A DNA stretch of 64,000 bases from Ginglymostoma cirratum (lineage: Eukaryota). Location of the stretch: the NCBI GenBank assembly GCA_024137785.1, contig JAHRHZ010000058.1:15360883-15424882 (forward strand). Reading direction: 5' to 3'. The notes under the pieces are model-generated. The model worked only from the letters and a program-made list of their open reading frames with translations, made no database searches and was not told the origin of the DNA. Each line of letters opens with the position of its first letter. The stretch's first letter is position 1. The translations under genes and the position numbers were made by a program. This document shows positions 11,606-25,165 of the stretch, in pieces.

Positions 11606-14600
11606 ATTCAAAAGGGATTAAAAACAAACGAGGAAGCTGGAAGCGAGGTAATAGAGCTAATGGATCACTTCATTGAGATACCCTTTCACAATTAGACTTT
11701 CCAATTCTTATAAAATGGATGTACCCCACTTCCAAAATATATTATGTGAATTGTCAATTTTCACTTCATTTTTAATTAAACTAAGAATTGATGATAATGG
11801 TATGGGAAATCGATTTCCATTTTGCACTAAATTGAATCAGTTTTGCGCAAGTTTTGTAAATCTGGATTTTGAGTTTAAAATGTGATGGGGAAGAAGGAGC
11901 TAGTTATCTCATTTTGAGATGGAACTGAGGGCTAATCAATGCATTGGTTAAACTTGGACACGTACATGTTCTTCGGTTATCTGCCACGATACTTCACCTT
12001 ACATCCATATTCTCTGGACAGTCCCTGCACTGGACACTGCAAGCAGTCACTTCCTTCTGCAACATTTAATTCATACATAAGAAACAACGCTGATTCGAAG
12101 TGGCAGAATTTATGCCGCATGATTTCACATACATGGAAGCAACACACCTGAAACCCGTGAGAAAGTGCTCCTCTGGGAACTAAGCCATCGTCTGATTGAA
12201 GTCAAACAAAATGAAACTTTATTCGAGGGCATATGAATGAGGTTTGAAAGCATTATTGATAAAGTGCATTAAGCACTTGTACGTTGGAAACAAGGTGGTG
12301 GTGGTTTTGGGGGAGGGGGGGCTGCCAGTGGGGGATGATGGGGAGAGCATGTCTGACGCACAATTCCCTATCTGCCTCAACCCAACCCTCTCTGCTTAGC
12401 AGCTTGTCTTGTTCTGTTACTTCAGTCTTTGCTCCTTAGTTGCTACTGAGCAGCGATATTGTCCTCTTATGCCTCTCACCTCCTCCCTTCATCCTCACGG
12501 CTGAAATCAAGGTTCGTTCATTGCTTACTACAACTCATTCTACCCCGAAATGACTAAACTGGCGAACTCCTCGCTCCATTCCTCCTGCATTCTTCAGGTT
12601 TTAAACAATTTAGAGTCACCCACTGTCACCTTTCAGTTCTGGTTATGCACAGAACTTGAGTCTTTTCACTTAGTTTCTTAATTTGAATAAACGCATTCAT
12701 TGTAATAATTTGAAGGTACATAAAGTTTAAGTTCGGAATGTAACAGCTCCATGGTCTTGGAATACAATTGTTATTTTGTCACTTGGTTTCGTTTTAGCCC
12801 GTTAACCTTTGCTACTCTCCCTCACTGCCTGCTACCTTTTAATAAAATATTTTAAGTGGCCTTTCGCCGGGAGATCAACGATATCATTTACTTCAAAAAT
12901 CACCATAATTCAATAGGTTTTATTTCTCTGTTCACCTGGAGATCATTGGTTAAGTCTTTCTGAAAAGGACATACTTTTAATCCATCGTTTTATTTAGTTG
13001 AAAACGCTGGGCTAACCCAGGATCTCCTTGAGGTTAAAGAGGCAGATAAAACTGGCCAGAATCAGAATTCAGACATTGAATGGTAAGTGGTCAGTAGTAA
13101 AGGCGAATTTACTGGTAAGACTGTTTAATCTTTCATGTGGATCCAGATAATTTGACTTCAAATATAAAACCTGAAGTGTGAGGCAGGTGATTCAATCGTA
13201 GTCTTGCACATGAGGATAACCAGAATCACAGCGTATTTGGTCCAGGGAATATTGTATTTAACTAGGTATCCAGAACTTGCTCGGGTTAAAAGATCCCACA
13301 TCACTATCACACTGTTAGAACAGTAAATAATATAAACATTCGTTACCTTACGCCCAATTGAATGCACAAACTATGCATGATTAAGTGTAAGAATAGAAAA
13401 TGTTAGAATACTTAGCAATTCAGACATCTGTGACGACAGAAAAAAGCGTTTTCTTAGCACTGAGAAATGTTTCGAGATGTGATTAAATGGTATCTATCTG
13501 AAACATCTCTGTATACGAATGCTGCCTGGCCTGTTGAGTATTTCAGACTTTTTGTTATGTATGTGAATAATTGTTAAATTTCAACCGGTTAAGTTGCTCT
13601 GTTGACATGTTAACGTGGAGATTGCAAATAACGAATCTGGACTTTGCCCTAATTTTCCCATGCTAACAGAGTTGCTACTTCCACGGATGGTTGACTCCTA
13701 ACTCATTCGCTTCATTTTCTATTTGTGTTGAAAATGTTGGAAAATTCAGCAGATCTGGCAGCATCCGTGGAGGCACAAACAGAAGTAACGTTTCCAGTCT
13801 GATGTGACGCTTTTTCAGAACTTCTTCCCTACTGTGGATTTTACAGCGAAGAATGCACCGGGGCGGCAGTCACTAAGTAAATCAACTAAGTTGACACATG
13901 TACTGAATAGTAGAGTAGACGCAGCCCTACAGTTTCGTCCAACATATACGGCCAACTAGCCGAGACAGCCAATTCTTTTCCTTCAAGAACCCAAAATCCT
14001 GCTCTCATCACTAAAATGATTGAAGGGACGTAAGTGTGAAAATGCTACCACATTTCTGCAGTTCTCCTTAAAGAGTTTGTAGTTTCACAACTTTTTTTTC
14101 TTGTAAGGTTTTACCGCTTTATTCAATCACCTGAAAAAAAATCCAGTTTTGTAGGTTTGACACGTATTTGAAACTCTGCAGTAATTTAAGTTCCTTTCTT
14201 TACACAATACTGCCTATTATGTAAAAACGTTAAGAAACTAACTTTAGAATCAGTTCCATAATTTAGCCTAACACTTCATAACTGCCGAACGCCACTCAGT
14301 CTCACACAGGTATTATTCAAGGTTAACATAAACTGAGTTAGATTAACCAGAGTTTGATCGTGGAAATTTTGCACATGATATATGCCACCTGTCACATACT
14401 TGCTTGCATCAGTCATTTCAATAATTCCATTTTTAAATCAAAAGTATTTGTTGTTATATCTTTACAGAAATAAATATCTGATCAGGAGTTTTAATGTATC
14501 AAACAAAACAATGTTCGCATTATATTTTTGGAATTTTGATTTACCAGGTACATGAGATATTTCAAAATTGTAGTCTTTATTTCAACTTGGAAAAATGCAA

Positions 14601-15084
14601 TTCCAAAGTTTAAATTGATAGCTATCTAAGTTTGAAACCAGTGCAACTATATGTACACTCATATTGATATTTTAGTGCACAAACCTTAACTGCAGGAGAG
14701 CTCTGTAGATTCTTTTAGTGATCATTTTTATTGACCAGAAGGTGAAGGGTAATAGAAGTGGAATAGAATAATCTTTCCCTCTTTGACTGACTGTTTTGTT
14801 TGGGCTGGCCACTTGAAAAATAAATACATGCATATTGCCACATCAGTATTTTGTTCTGGTAATAAAAGTCATTTTGGAAATTCAAAATGAACAGTTAATA
14901 GCATTAATTCTTTCTCTTAAGAGTACAATATTTCAGCTCTCATAATATATTCTTCCATCTTTTCCAGTCAATTTGCTACCCTTCTCTAACAAAGAGAATG
15001 ACATGCGTTCAGGCTGTCTAGTGTCTAGGTGAATAATGTCTCCTTGATATCTACAAACCTATGCAATGGCTTTTAACAATTATG

Positions 15085-16300
15085 AGAGCATCATAAAAAA
15101 ATGTTAATGGCATGAAAGTATCTCAAGAGGGCTAGAATGTAAAGGGCTGGAAGTTCTGTGATGGTTGTACACAGCTCTGGTTAGACCCCATTCACATTAC
15201 TGCATTCTTTTCTGGGCTTTTCAGGCTGTATTTATTGGTCTTAAAGTGCGTACAGCACTGGTTTACCAGAATTATACCTGTGTAAATATGATTAAGTTAT
15301 GAGGACTGACTGCTTAGTCCAGGCATTTAAGTGTAAAAAATGATCTGATTCAAGTGTTTAACATGATTAAAGGATACGTTAAATACATAAACATTTTCCT
15401 GTAGAGGGAGAGTTTATAGCAAGGATATCACCTTAAAATTAGAGTGGCCATTGAGGAGTAATTTTAGAAAATACTTCTTTACAGTGGAAATCTGGAAGGT
15501 TGTCCCTTAAAGAGCTGTGAGATTGACAAGCGGCAAATGACATTTGTGGGACATAAGAACCAGGCCATGACTTTCTCCAGCATCCCTCACTATCAACATC
15601 CTGGGGTTACTACTGACCAGAAATTAACTGAACCAACCATATAAATACTTTGGCTACAAAGCCAGGTCAGAGACTGGGAATTCTAGGACAAATAGTTCTG
15701 AATCCTGAAAACCTCTCCATCATCTACAAAACACAGTCAGTCATATGTGGAATATTTACCATTTAACAAGTCAAGCACCATTGCAACAAAGCAGAAGGTG
15801 GTGATGTAATGATCGAGAGGCTGTGGCATGATGGTAACGTTTTTGGACATGTAATCCAGAAACCCAGACTAATGTTCTGGGGACCTGGATTCCAATTTAA
15901 CTATGGTAGGTGGTGAAATTTGAATTCAATAAAATCTGGAATTGGAAGCTAGCCAAATGGTGATCATTTAGCCACTTAAAACTCATTTCAATCATTAATT
16001 TTTTTCAGGGAGCAAACTTTGCCATTCTTATGTAGTCTGGCTTTCATGTGGCTCCAGACCCTTAACTGCCCACTAAGTATTTAGGGATGGACAATAAATA
16101 CTGGCCGAGCCAGAGACACCCAGGTCCCATGTACAAGCTAAATAAATGCAGTCCACCTCATCGGCACCCCATCCACTAACTTAAATATTCACTTCCTCCA
16201 TCACTGATACATGATGAACCAAATGCAAACTGTACTGCAGCAACTTACCAAATCTATTTCAACAGTATTTTTCAACCCCATTACCTCTGTCACATAGAAA
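15085..16300 (+). mobile_element. Cluster of LINE fragments (CR1 and another RT-LINE 3' part) with a nested tRNA-SINE at about 15815-16147
   Basis: CR1 C-terminal pattern at 15085-15530. The SINE is homologous to 47100-47472 and 47850-48208. Confidence 0.6.
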
Positions 16301-16900
16301 GATGCATTGTTAGCACTTTATTAGTACAGATGCAATTTCTAATGAGATACCCTTGCTGTTGAGTGAGCCTTCCTTGAAAACAACAAAAATTGAACTGGAT
16401 ATGGAACACGTTGAACCAATTTTCTTTAGAAAATCAGTGGATTTGCAGTTTACCCAAAAACAGCATTGTTGCATACTCATAAAAAGGCATGGTATTTCTA
16501 GTTAGAATGTTACAGAAATTTTAATGGCATCAGATTATATGATTTTGAGATAGAAAGAGCAAATTGTCTTAAAGTTACATCATAGTGTGCTCATTTGCTT
16601 TCTACATATCAAAAGCCATATTAAATGATAGTGGGTGTTGTTGCTGGTGAGTGCACAATGCTCATCAATGGGTTGAGTGAAAAATGTAATAAGTGGTTGC
16701 TGCCGTTATTAGTTACCCATTGGCATGAGACTTTAATGAAATCTTTAGGTGCCATGCATCTAAAGCTGTAGAATAAGGACATTTTCATTTCACATTTTGT
16801 AGACATGGAAATCTGACTCAGTATTTCTATAGTAATAAAAGACTAAGAACAAAGGGTGATTGTACATAAAACTATGAAAAATAGATGAGGACTGGACTGA

Positions 16901-16930
16901 GTTAGGGTTACAGTTAGGGTTAGGGTTAGG
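16901..16930 (+). repeat. Short interstitial (TTAGGG)n tract
   Basis: g ttaggg ttacag ttaggg ttaggg ttagg. Confidence 0.7.
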
Positions 16931-16949
16931 ATTATCCTATCGCAACACC

Positions 16950-19900
16950 CAAATTTCTCACCAACAGTTTGAAGGGGAAGGGTAGAATTTGCCAATAACA
17001 AATATAGAGAGTCACAAAAATGTACATGGTATGATCACAAACTCTGCAGCTGAAACACCTTTTGGTGATACACTTTGTGAAAGAACTCATGCAGTGATCA
17101 ATGAGATTCATCATAAGATCTTAGCCAATCAACCAAACTATAAAGTAAACAATTGACTGGCATGGGCATTCCATGCAAAGAATTCCCTTCAAATGGTTGA
17201 TAGATCTTATCAATTGATGTATAGGATGAAGCCCAAAATTCCTCGTGTGTGTATGACAGAACCCCAAACCTGGAAGGGATTACAATTAGTTTAATGTTTC
17301 TGCTTACCTGAGAGATTTATATACATGGACAAAAGCATTCATCAAAGCAATAGTCCCAGAGAGAATTGGAGAGTGTTATGGCATCACAAAAAATTGTCCA
17401 AATACATAAAACTTTAACCCCGGAGATTTCACATAATATAAATAAAAATGGTCAGGAAGAATCAAAAAGTCCCAGTAAGGTGACGAGTGTGGGAGACAGA
17501 CAATGATTCTGTCACATGGGAATTAAAACATTAAGTTCTATTCATCTTCGTTAATTGAGATTGATTCCAAACTTTTAGAATCTAAGGAATTTATAGAAGG
17601 TAATTTGACATCCTGTACTTCACATACTCAGGTTTAAATTATGAGAAACAGAATATGCTAGATAAGTGGTCAGATGGCAATTAGCTGAATTATATCAATT
17701 CATAGAACAGAGCTACTGCATCTAAAGGTCAACTCTCTTGAGTCAAGGCTAGGATGATACACATAACAGAAGGGTCCAGTAAATGGAGATGTATAACTAT
17801 TGTAGGGAGAACACAGAAAGCTAAATGTCCAAGGTGATGGACAGAAAGTAATATCCACAGACTGGTGAATTGGAGCCAAACAGTGGAAATCAAAAAAACA
17901 TTTTGAGTTCTCATAGTAAATCTCTGAGTGATTCATGTACTTGGAAACAATCGTGTACTGGCATTAGAATCTCTGATCATTGGGAGAAGAGATCCAGTAG
18001 CAATAGCCTACAATAGGAAGGATGTTATTAAACTGGATAGGGTTTAGGAAAAGATTTACCAGGATGTTGCCAGGAATGGAGCTTTTCAGATATAAAAATA
18101 AGCTGGAAAGGCTGAGATGTTTTTCACTGGAGCATAGGAGGTTGAGGGGTGATTGTATTGAGGTTTATAAAATCATTAGGGGCATAGAAAAGGTGAATGA
18201 CAAGGGTTTTTCCCTATGGTGGGGGAACTGGGGCCATAGTTTTAAAAAAATTTTAAATTTAAGATTTAAAATGGACGAGAGGCAACTTTTTTTACACAGA
18301 GATTGGTTCATGTGTGAAATGCAGTGCCAGAGAAAGTGGTGGATGCAGTTAGAGTTACAATGTTGAAAAGACATTTTGAGAAGTTCATTTAAATGTTTGA
18401 AGGGATACGCACCAAGTGCAGGCAAGTGGAACTGGTTTAGTTTGGGAACTTGGTCGGTTTTGGACTGGTTGGACTGAAGGGTCTGTTTTTGTGCTGTATG
18501 ACTCTATCAGTCTAGCCCAGAAAGGCATTTTACAGCAAGATCATAAACTGATTACATTATATAATAGAACAAGAGATGAGAAGAAAGGAGAACAATACGG
18601 GAAGTCGAAAAGTAGAAACCCTTATTAATGGGAAGCTTTGTTGTCTGCCAACTAATTAAAAGATTAATTACTACAAGTGGGAAAACAAGAAGAGGTGGAT
18701 TGTGGAAGGATATCAGTATCTACTTTGTAGTGCCAGATAGAAGACATGTGGATATGTATAGAAATAGTCCTCATTTAAAAGGCTGAAACAGCAGTAATGG
18801 CTTGTAATTGCAAACAGAGACTTGAAGGTCACATTTTTAGAATGGAATTGCTCATAGTGGAAAAATTCTGAGTATTTTCTTCAATCTGTTGGACGTTTTT
18901 CTCTGGGAATGTATCTCAATTGATATAAAAGCTGTATCTTAGCAGGATGAAACATTTCAGAGAGAAGAATATTTGCAACTGCTTAAAGTGGCAAGTGATG
19001 TTGAAGAGAAGCTGTGGAAAATAAACAAATGCATTTATAAATTGAATGTTGAATTAAGAGTATGGTATTTCTTGGTTAGATCTGTCTTGCTTAAAGTAAT
19101 CTGTACTCGAGTGAAAGCAAATCTGGCAATGTTCTACTAGTATCACAAAGTGAAACTTTCAGCCATCTTTATGATTACTTTGTATGGGGAGGTCCAGTGG
19201 AATTAGAACAATTTGTGATAAATAAGATTAAATGAGACTTTAAGATTGAAAGTATGGCTTCAGGGACCTTTAAATATATAGATTTAGACAATGAGTCGAG
19301 AGTAACTTTGAATCAACAATCATATGTGGAAGGTGATACTTGTACCCTGATAAATTGTGCTTGGCTGTCCAGAAGGAAGAACAGAGCAGTTAAGCAGTTT
19401 GATTGGACAGATAACTTGGGTATGAATCCAGGTAGTGCCAAGTAGCAGTTTTGGTGTATTGGAAGTAAACATGGCGATGAAACACTCTACAATTGAAGAT
19501 GTTTTAAGGGCAAATAAAACATTTTTTAGAAAATGAATAAATGGGTACTCAAGTTTCCAGTTTTGGGTTACCTGAAGGGTATGTAGTCAGACCTTTTAAA
19601 TTGCATTTCCCATGCCAATCTGGCTTGAGGAATTTGAGCAGCAGCTGGATGCCTTGTTGTGGATTTGCAAGGCAGAGGACCGCGTGGATAGCACATACAG
19701 GGTGTGGTCACACTGCATCTTAGAAACACATAGGCAGAGATGCAATGGGTGACTACCATGGTATTTTACAAAACTAGGCAGGAGGTACAGGAGCACCCTG
19801 AGTCTACCTTGTTTGCCATTTGGTATTTGATTTTGGAAATTAGTGAATGTGATGCTTCCTGAAGGGAGTACAACCAAATACGGTCCACAACAGTAACAGC
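16950..19900 (+). mobile_element. Degenerate Ty1/Copia-like retroelement pol, interrupted by a CR1 at 18010-18510
   Basis: WECISIDIKAVS*Q at about 18905 (Copia DIKAAFLQG), a KLWK.NKC.Y-like segment, and GGPVELEQFVINKI..FKIESMASGTFKYIDL..VTLNQQSYVE. Many stops and frameshifts. The left boundary is uncertain. Confidence 0.55.
18010..18512 (+). mobile_element. CR1 LINE 3' end
   Basis: ORF reads RKRFTRMLPGME...LERLRCFSLEHRRLRGDCIEVYKII, followed by a 3' tail ending in ctgtatgactctat. Confidence 0.85.
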
Positions 19901-19959
19901 ATCTACGCTGTATTAGGGGGTGGGGGTGTAGTGCTGATGTAGGGAAGAAGAATGTCAAT

Positions 19960-22900
19960 GGTGATAGGGGAATGCATAGCCATGCGATCAGACTGAGTTT
20001 CTATAACATTGAATTTGACTCTAGGGTAGTATGTTGCCTCCCTGGTGCTAGGGTGAAGGATATCATGGAGCAGCTACAGGAAGATCAGCCAGAAGTAGTT
20101 GTCGACATAGGTAAGAAGAGGAATGACGTCCTGAAAACAGATTTCAGGGAGATAGGAAGGAAATTCCAAAGTAGGACCTCAAGAGCAGTAACCTCAGGAT
20201 TACTCCCAGCGTCATGTGCTGGTGAACAGGAGAATTGATCACTTTAACATGTGGCTGGATAATCAGTGTAGGAGAGAGAGCACCAGGTGTGTGGGATCCT
20301 GAGTGATAACCAAAATTGTAAGGAAGTAAAGAAGTGGAAAACTGCTCGGGAGAATAAAAGACAGGAGAGCAAAGCCATATGCCCATTTGCTTCGATGCAG
20401 AACGATGCCAAAAAGCCAATGTTAATGGTATTTTACCTGAATGCCTGCAGCATTCACAACATGATGTTCACAATGATCTAAAGGCATTAATAGAGGTAAA
20501 TGGTTAGAATATAGTTGCCATTACAGAAACATGTCTGCATGGTGATAGGACTGAGAACTGAACTCACAAGGGTATTCAATATTTAGAAAGGACAGATAAG
20601 AAGGAAAAGGAGATGGAATTGCACTTATAATGTACTTAAATTAGTAAGGGAGGATCTCAGATCACAAGAACATTGCATGGAATCTGTATGTGTGGAACTC
20701 AAAAACAGAAAGGGGCAGCAGACATTGTTTGGAGTTATTAATAGGTTATCAAATGGTAATGGTAGTGTGGGGCATTCTATAAATCAGATAGAAGCTTGTA
20801 GCATGGGCAACACAGTTATCATGGGTGACTTCAATCTGCATATAGACTGTGTTAACCAACTGAGCACTAAAACTTTGGAGGATGATTTTCTGCAATTACT
20901 TAAGGATGGTTATCTAGAGTAGCATTTTGAGGAGTTGATTAGAGGACAAGTTATTTAAGATCATCATGTAATGAAAAATGATAAATTAATAATCCTGTAA
21001 AGAACCTGTAGGGATGAGTTACCACAACTTGATAAAATCTTACATCATGTTCAATCTGAAGCAAGGATGTTAAATTTAAATATGGGAAATTATAAATGAA
21101 TGAGGCACAGTTGGCTGAGCTGGATTGGAAACACATATTAGAAAGCATGACTGCATATAGGCAATGGATACTATTTAAAGAACTTTTAAATGGCTTATAT
21201 CAACTTTACATTCCTTCTGGATGCAAAATTTCAAAAAAGTTCAATCAATCACAAGTGACCAACGAAATTAAGGATTTTATAAAAATAAACGCTTATAAAG
21301 TGGCCAGAAATAGTAACGACAATAATAATAGTAATAAATGCGAGGATAGGGAAGTTTTTAGAATACAGTAAAGGAGGACCACAGAATTGATAAGGAAAGA
21401 AAGAGAATATGTGTGTAATCTAGCAAAAAAATATAAAAATGGACTGTTGAAGCTTCTACAGTATGTAAAAAGGGATTTTTTGGTTAAAATGAATGTGGAT
21501 TTGTTAAAAGCAAAGCCAGAATAATTTAAATGAGCAATAGAGAAATGGTAGAGAAGCTGAATGATTACTTTGTGCCTGTTTTCTCCAAGGAAGATAAAAG
21601 AAATCTTGCAGAACCAGAAGTCCAAGTAACTAGGAAGAATGAGGAGTTGAAGGAAGTTAGTATTGGTAAGAAGGTTATACTGGAGAAATTAATGGGACTA
21701 AAAGTTGATAAGTCACTAAGAGCTGATAGTGTACAGCCCAGAGTGTTGAAGAAGGTGGCTATAGGGATAGGTTGACATGTTGTCATCTTCCAAAATACCA
21801 CTGAATTGGGAATGCTTACTGCAGATTAGAAGCTAACAAATGTTTCCAAATATCTGAGAGAGGAGTAAGAAAGAAAGCAGAAAACTATAGACCTGTCAAC
21901 CTCACATTAGTAATCGTGAAAAATGCCAGAACCTATCTTAAAGGGTGGGATAAATGGATACTTGGATAAAAATGAACTAATTATGTTCTATCAGTATGGA
22001 TGTGCCAATGGAAAATTGTGTTTGACAAACTTATTGGAGTGCTTTGAGGATGATAGCAACAAAATTGATAGAGAAGAGTTGATAGACGTAACATACTTGA
22101 ATCTTCAGAATGCTTTTGATAAGGTACCCCACATGAGGTTGGATACCAAAATTAACGTACATGGGACAGGAGTAATGCAATAGCATGGATTAAGGATTGT
22201 CTAACAGACTGAAATCAAAGAGCACGCATGAATAGGTCAGTCTTACATTGGAAGGCTGTGACTAGTCGGGTACCGCAAGGATCTGTTCGTGGGCTCCAGC
22301 TGTTCACAATATTTATCAATAATTTTGATAGGGGAGCCAAATGTAATATTTCCAAATTTGCAGATGATATAAAACTAATTAAGAATGTTTGTTATTAGCA
22401 AAGATGTAAAGCAATTTCAGGAGGATTTGGACAGTGAGTGCGAATGAATATGACAGATGGAATGTAATGTGGAAAAAAGTGAGGCTATTCGCTTTGGTAG
22501 GAGAAAAAGATGTGCAGCATATCTTAAATGATGAGACATAGTAAAATGTAGATATGCAAAGGAACTTGGGTATCCTTGTCAATTTGTCACTGAAAGCAGC
22601 ATAAAAGTGGGGTGACACAGTTGTTAGCATTGTTGCCTCACAGCACCAGGGATCCAGGTTCAATTCCACCCTCAGGTGACTGTCTGTGTGGAATTTGCAC
22701 ATTCTCTCCATGGCTATGTTTCCCCCCTCCGGGAGGAAACTCACAGTCCAAAGATATGTAGGTTAGGTGGATTGGCAATGCTAAATTGCCCATAGTGTCC
22801 AGGGATTTGCAGGTGAGGTAGGTTAGCCAATGGAAATACAGGGTGATGGGGTGGGTCTGGATGGGATATTATTTAGAGGGTCAGTGTGGACTTGGTCTGC

Positions 22901-23480
22901 TTCTACACTTTAGGGACTCTATTCTATGAATGCTAATATGCAGGTACATGAAGCTGTTAGGAAGGCTAGAAAGTTGGTAAAACCACTCCTGGAGTACTAG
23001 GTGCAGTGTTGGTTTCCTTCCCTCAGGAAAGATATTATCCATAAAGGAATTGCAACAAAGGTTCACCATGCTTGTTCCTGGGATGGCAGGATGTCCTACA
23101 AACAGAGACTGGACAAACTGGGCATGTATTCTCTACAGTTTTGAAAAATGAGAGGTCATCTTATTGAAATCTTCCAAATGCTTAAAGGAAAGACAGGGTA
23201 GATGCAGGTAAGGTGTTTGGAACAAGGGGAGACAACTCAAAAATAAGGACCGATATGGGGAGAATTGTTCTACTCAGTTGTGGGTCTTTGGAATGATCTA
23301 CCGAAAGAACTGCAAAAGCTCAGTCTTTGAGTACAATTAAAGTGGACATTGATATATTTCTGATTATCAGTTGCATAAAGGGTTGTGCATGGGGCTGGTG
23401 TGAGTAAAAGACATTGAAATATTCAATCAACCGTGATTGCATGCTTGACAGGCTAAATAACCCACTCTTGTTCCTATGTG
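19960..23480 (+). mobile_element. Long degenerate CR1 LINE (ORF1 esterase, APE endonuclease, RT)
   Basis: VCCLPGARVKDI..QPEVVV (ORF1 esterase), YLNACSI and VIMGDFNLHID (endonuclease), CLTNLLECFE..DVTYLNLQNAFDKVPH, VPQGSV and FADD (RT). Multiple stops. Confidence 0.88.
22608..22928 (+). mobile_element. HE1-type V-SINE nested in the CR1
   Basis: tRNA head (ttagcattgttgcctcacagcaccagggatccaggttcaattcc), V-domain-like gtgtggaatttgcacattctctcc, and a CR1-like tail. Confidence 0.8.
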
Positions 23481-23601
23481 AATATACTGGAGAGAATTCA
23501 CGTCATTTATGAGAGTGGTTCCAGGGATAAGAACTTCAGTTATGAGGATGAGATTGGAGACTTTGACACTAAAACGATAAGCTGTTTCAAAATCACGAGG
23601 A

Positions 23602-23965
23602 TACGAGATAACAAGCATGGGGCTGGATGAACACAGCAGGTCAAGCAGCATCATAGGAGCAGGAAAACTCAACGTTTCGGGCCTAAACCCTTCATCAGAA
23701 ATGGCTGGCCAAAGAGGTGATGAGAGAGTTGCAGTGGGAGAGAGATTCCCTCAGGTTTGTCCGGAGGGAGGAGGGTAACTTCTTCAGGGTAGGCATCCTT
23801 AGAAGAGGCTTCGCAGTGGGGTTAAATTTGTATCAGGGATAAAAGGTACTGCAGATGCTGGAGAATCCGAGATAACAAGCATGGGGCTGGATGAACACAG
23901 CAGGTCAAGCAGCATCATAGGAGCAGGAAAACTCGACGTTTCGGGCCTAAACCCTTCATCAGAAA
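23602..23965 (-). mobile_element. Penelope-derived mini-element with two direct 99-bp repeats (each with a hammerhead core) and a 15-bp TSD
   Basis: Direct repeats at 23604-23702 and 23868-23966. TSD tcaaaatcacgagga at 23587-23601 and 23966-23980. Inserted in a CR1 fragment (about 23480-24290). Confidence 0.8.
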
Positions 23966-24824
23966 TCAAAATCACGAGGAGTTGGAATAGAACAGACAGT
24001 GTGATGGAATCAAGAACCAGAGGGCACAGATATAAAGTATTCTGCTACAGAAGCAAATGCAAAGTGAGAAAATGTTTTTTGCACACAATGAGTGATGAGG
24101 GTCTGAAATTCACTGCCTTTAGCAGGAACAAGTTCAATTGCAGCATTAAGGAAGGTTTTAGATGATAATTTAAAAGAAACAATATGCAGGGTCATGGGTA
24201 AAAGGCAACTAAATCAAAGTGCTCAGAACTGGTGCAGATATGACAGGCTGAATGGCCTCCTTCTGCTTCATAATAATTCCATGATTGAGTGTATATTAAA
24301 AAATATGGTTGCAACATTGGGAGTTGGTTGGGGCTGAGGTGGTCAAATATAATATTTCATTCTACAAATAAATCTGATATTAAGTAAAAATATTGGTTTC
24401 CTAGTTTACCATCTGGCTTTTGAGTGAAATTAAGAGCTGAAATTAAAAGTGTATATTATTGTGCTTGACAGTCGTTCAAGGATACTCCTACAGAATGCAT
24501 TGACAAATTTCTACTTTTATCTGCTGGCATTGTCCTTCTGATCACTGCTTGCTATTCCAACCCCTTCACTCTGATGTGTCTGTGCCTTTCCACTTAAACT
24601 GTTCCAACAGACCCAATGCTAAATTCATGAACAATATTTTATCTTCTCCATAGATTCTTCAGTATTGTTAACTCTGCCAACATCAGACTGTGACAGTCTG
24701 CTGCTTGAATCACATTCCATCACATTCTTTTTCATTTTGTAGCTCTTTTGTTCCCTTTTCAGTCTTCCCAATGCCTTTTAGTCTGACCAAGATGATCTTA
24801 GTACATGCCCTAACTTGGGGAATC

Positions 24825-25165
24825 TCCATTGAGTATTTATGCATTCACAGGATGTGGCCAGCATTTATTGCTCATCTTTAATTGTCCATGAGAAACCAAG
24901 TATTTTGCTATTTCAGAGGTCAGTTAAGTGTCACATATGGGGAGGTTAGCAGATTTCCTTCCCTAAATGACATCAGTGAACTGGATAGATTTTTGCAACA
25001 ATCCTGTAATTTTGTGGTAACCATTAAGATACTAGTTGTTTTCCAGATTTATTTCATTTAAATTCTCCAGCTATCAAGTTGAAATCTGAATTCACATCTC
25101 TGGATCTTTAGTCTAGGCATCTGGATCGCTAACCCTTGATGTAATTGATGCTACTGTACTCCGCA
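24825..25165 (-). mobile_element. tRNA-derived SINE (same family as 47850-48208)
   Basis: Shares the cagcatttattgc...agatttccttccctaaa..atcagtgaac pattern. Confidence 0.6.

Noticed and set aside
22608-22690. tRNA gene
   Set aside because: The tRNA-like A/B boxes are the head of a SINE, and no full cloverleaf is evident.
23604-23966. Direct repeats with a spacer as a CRISPR-like array or true LTR pair
   Set aside because: Eukaryotic context, only two copies, no TG...CA ends or primer-binding site. They match dispersed Penelope pseudo-LTR sequence.
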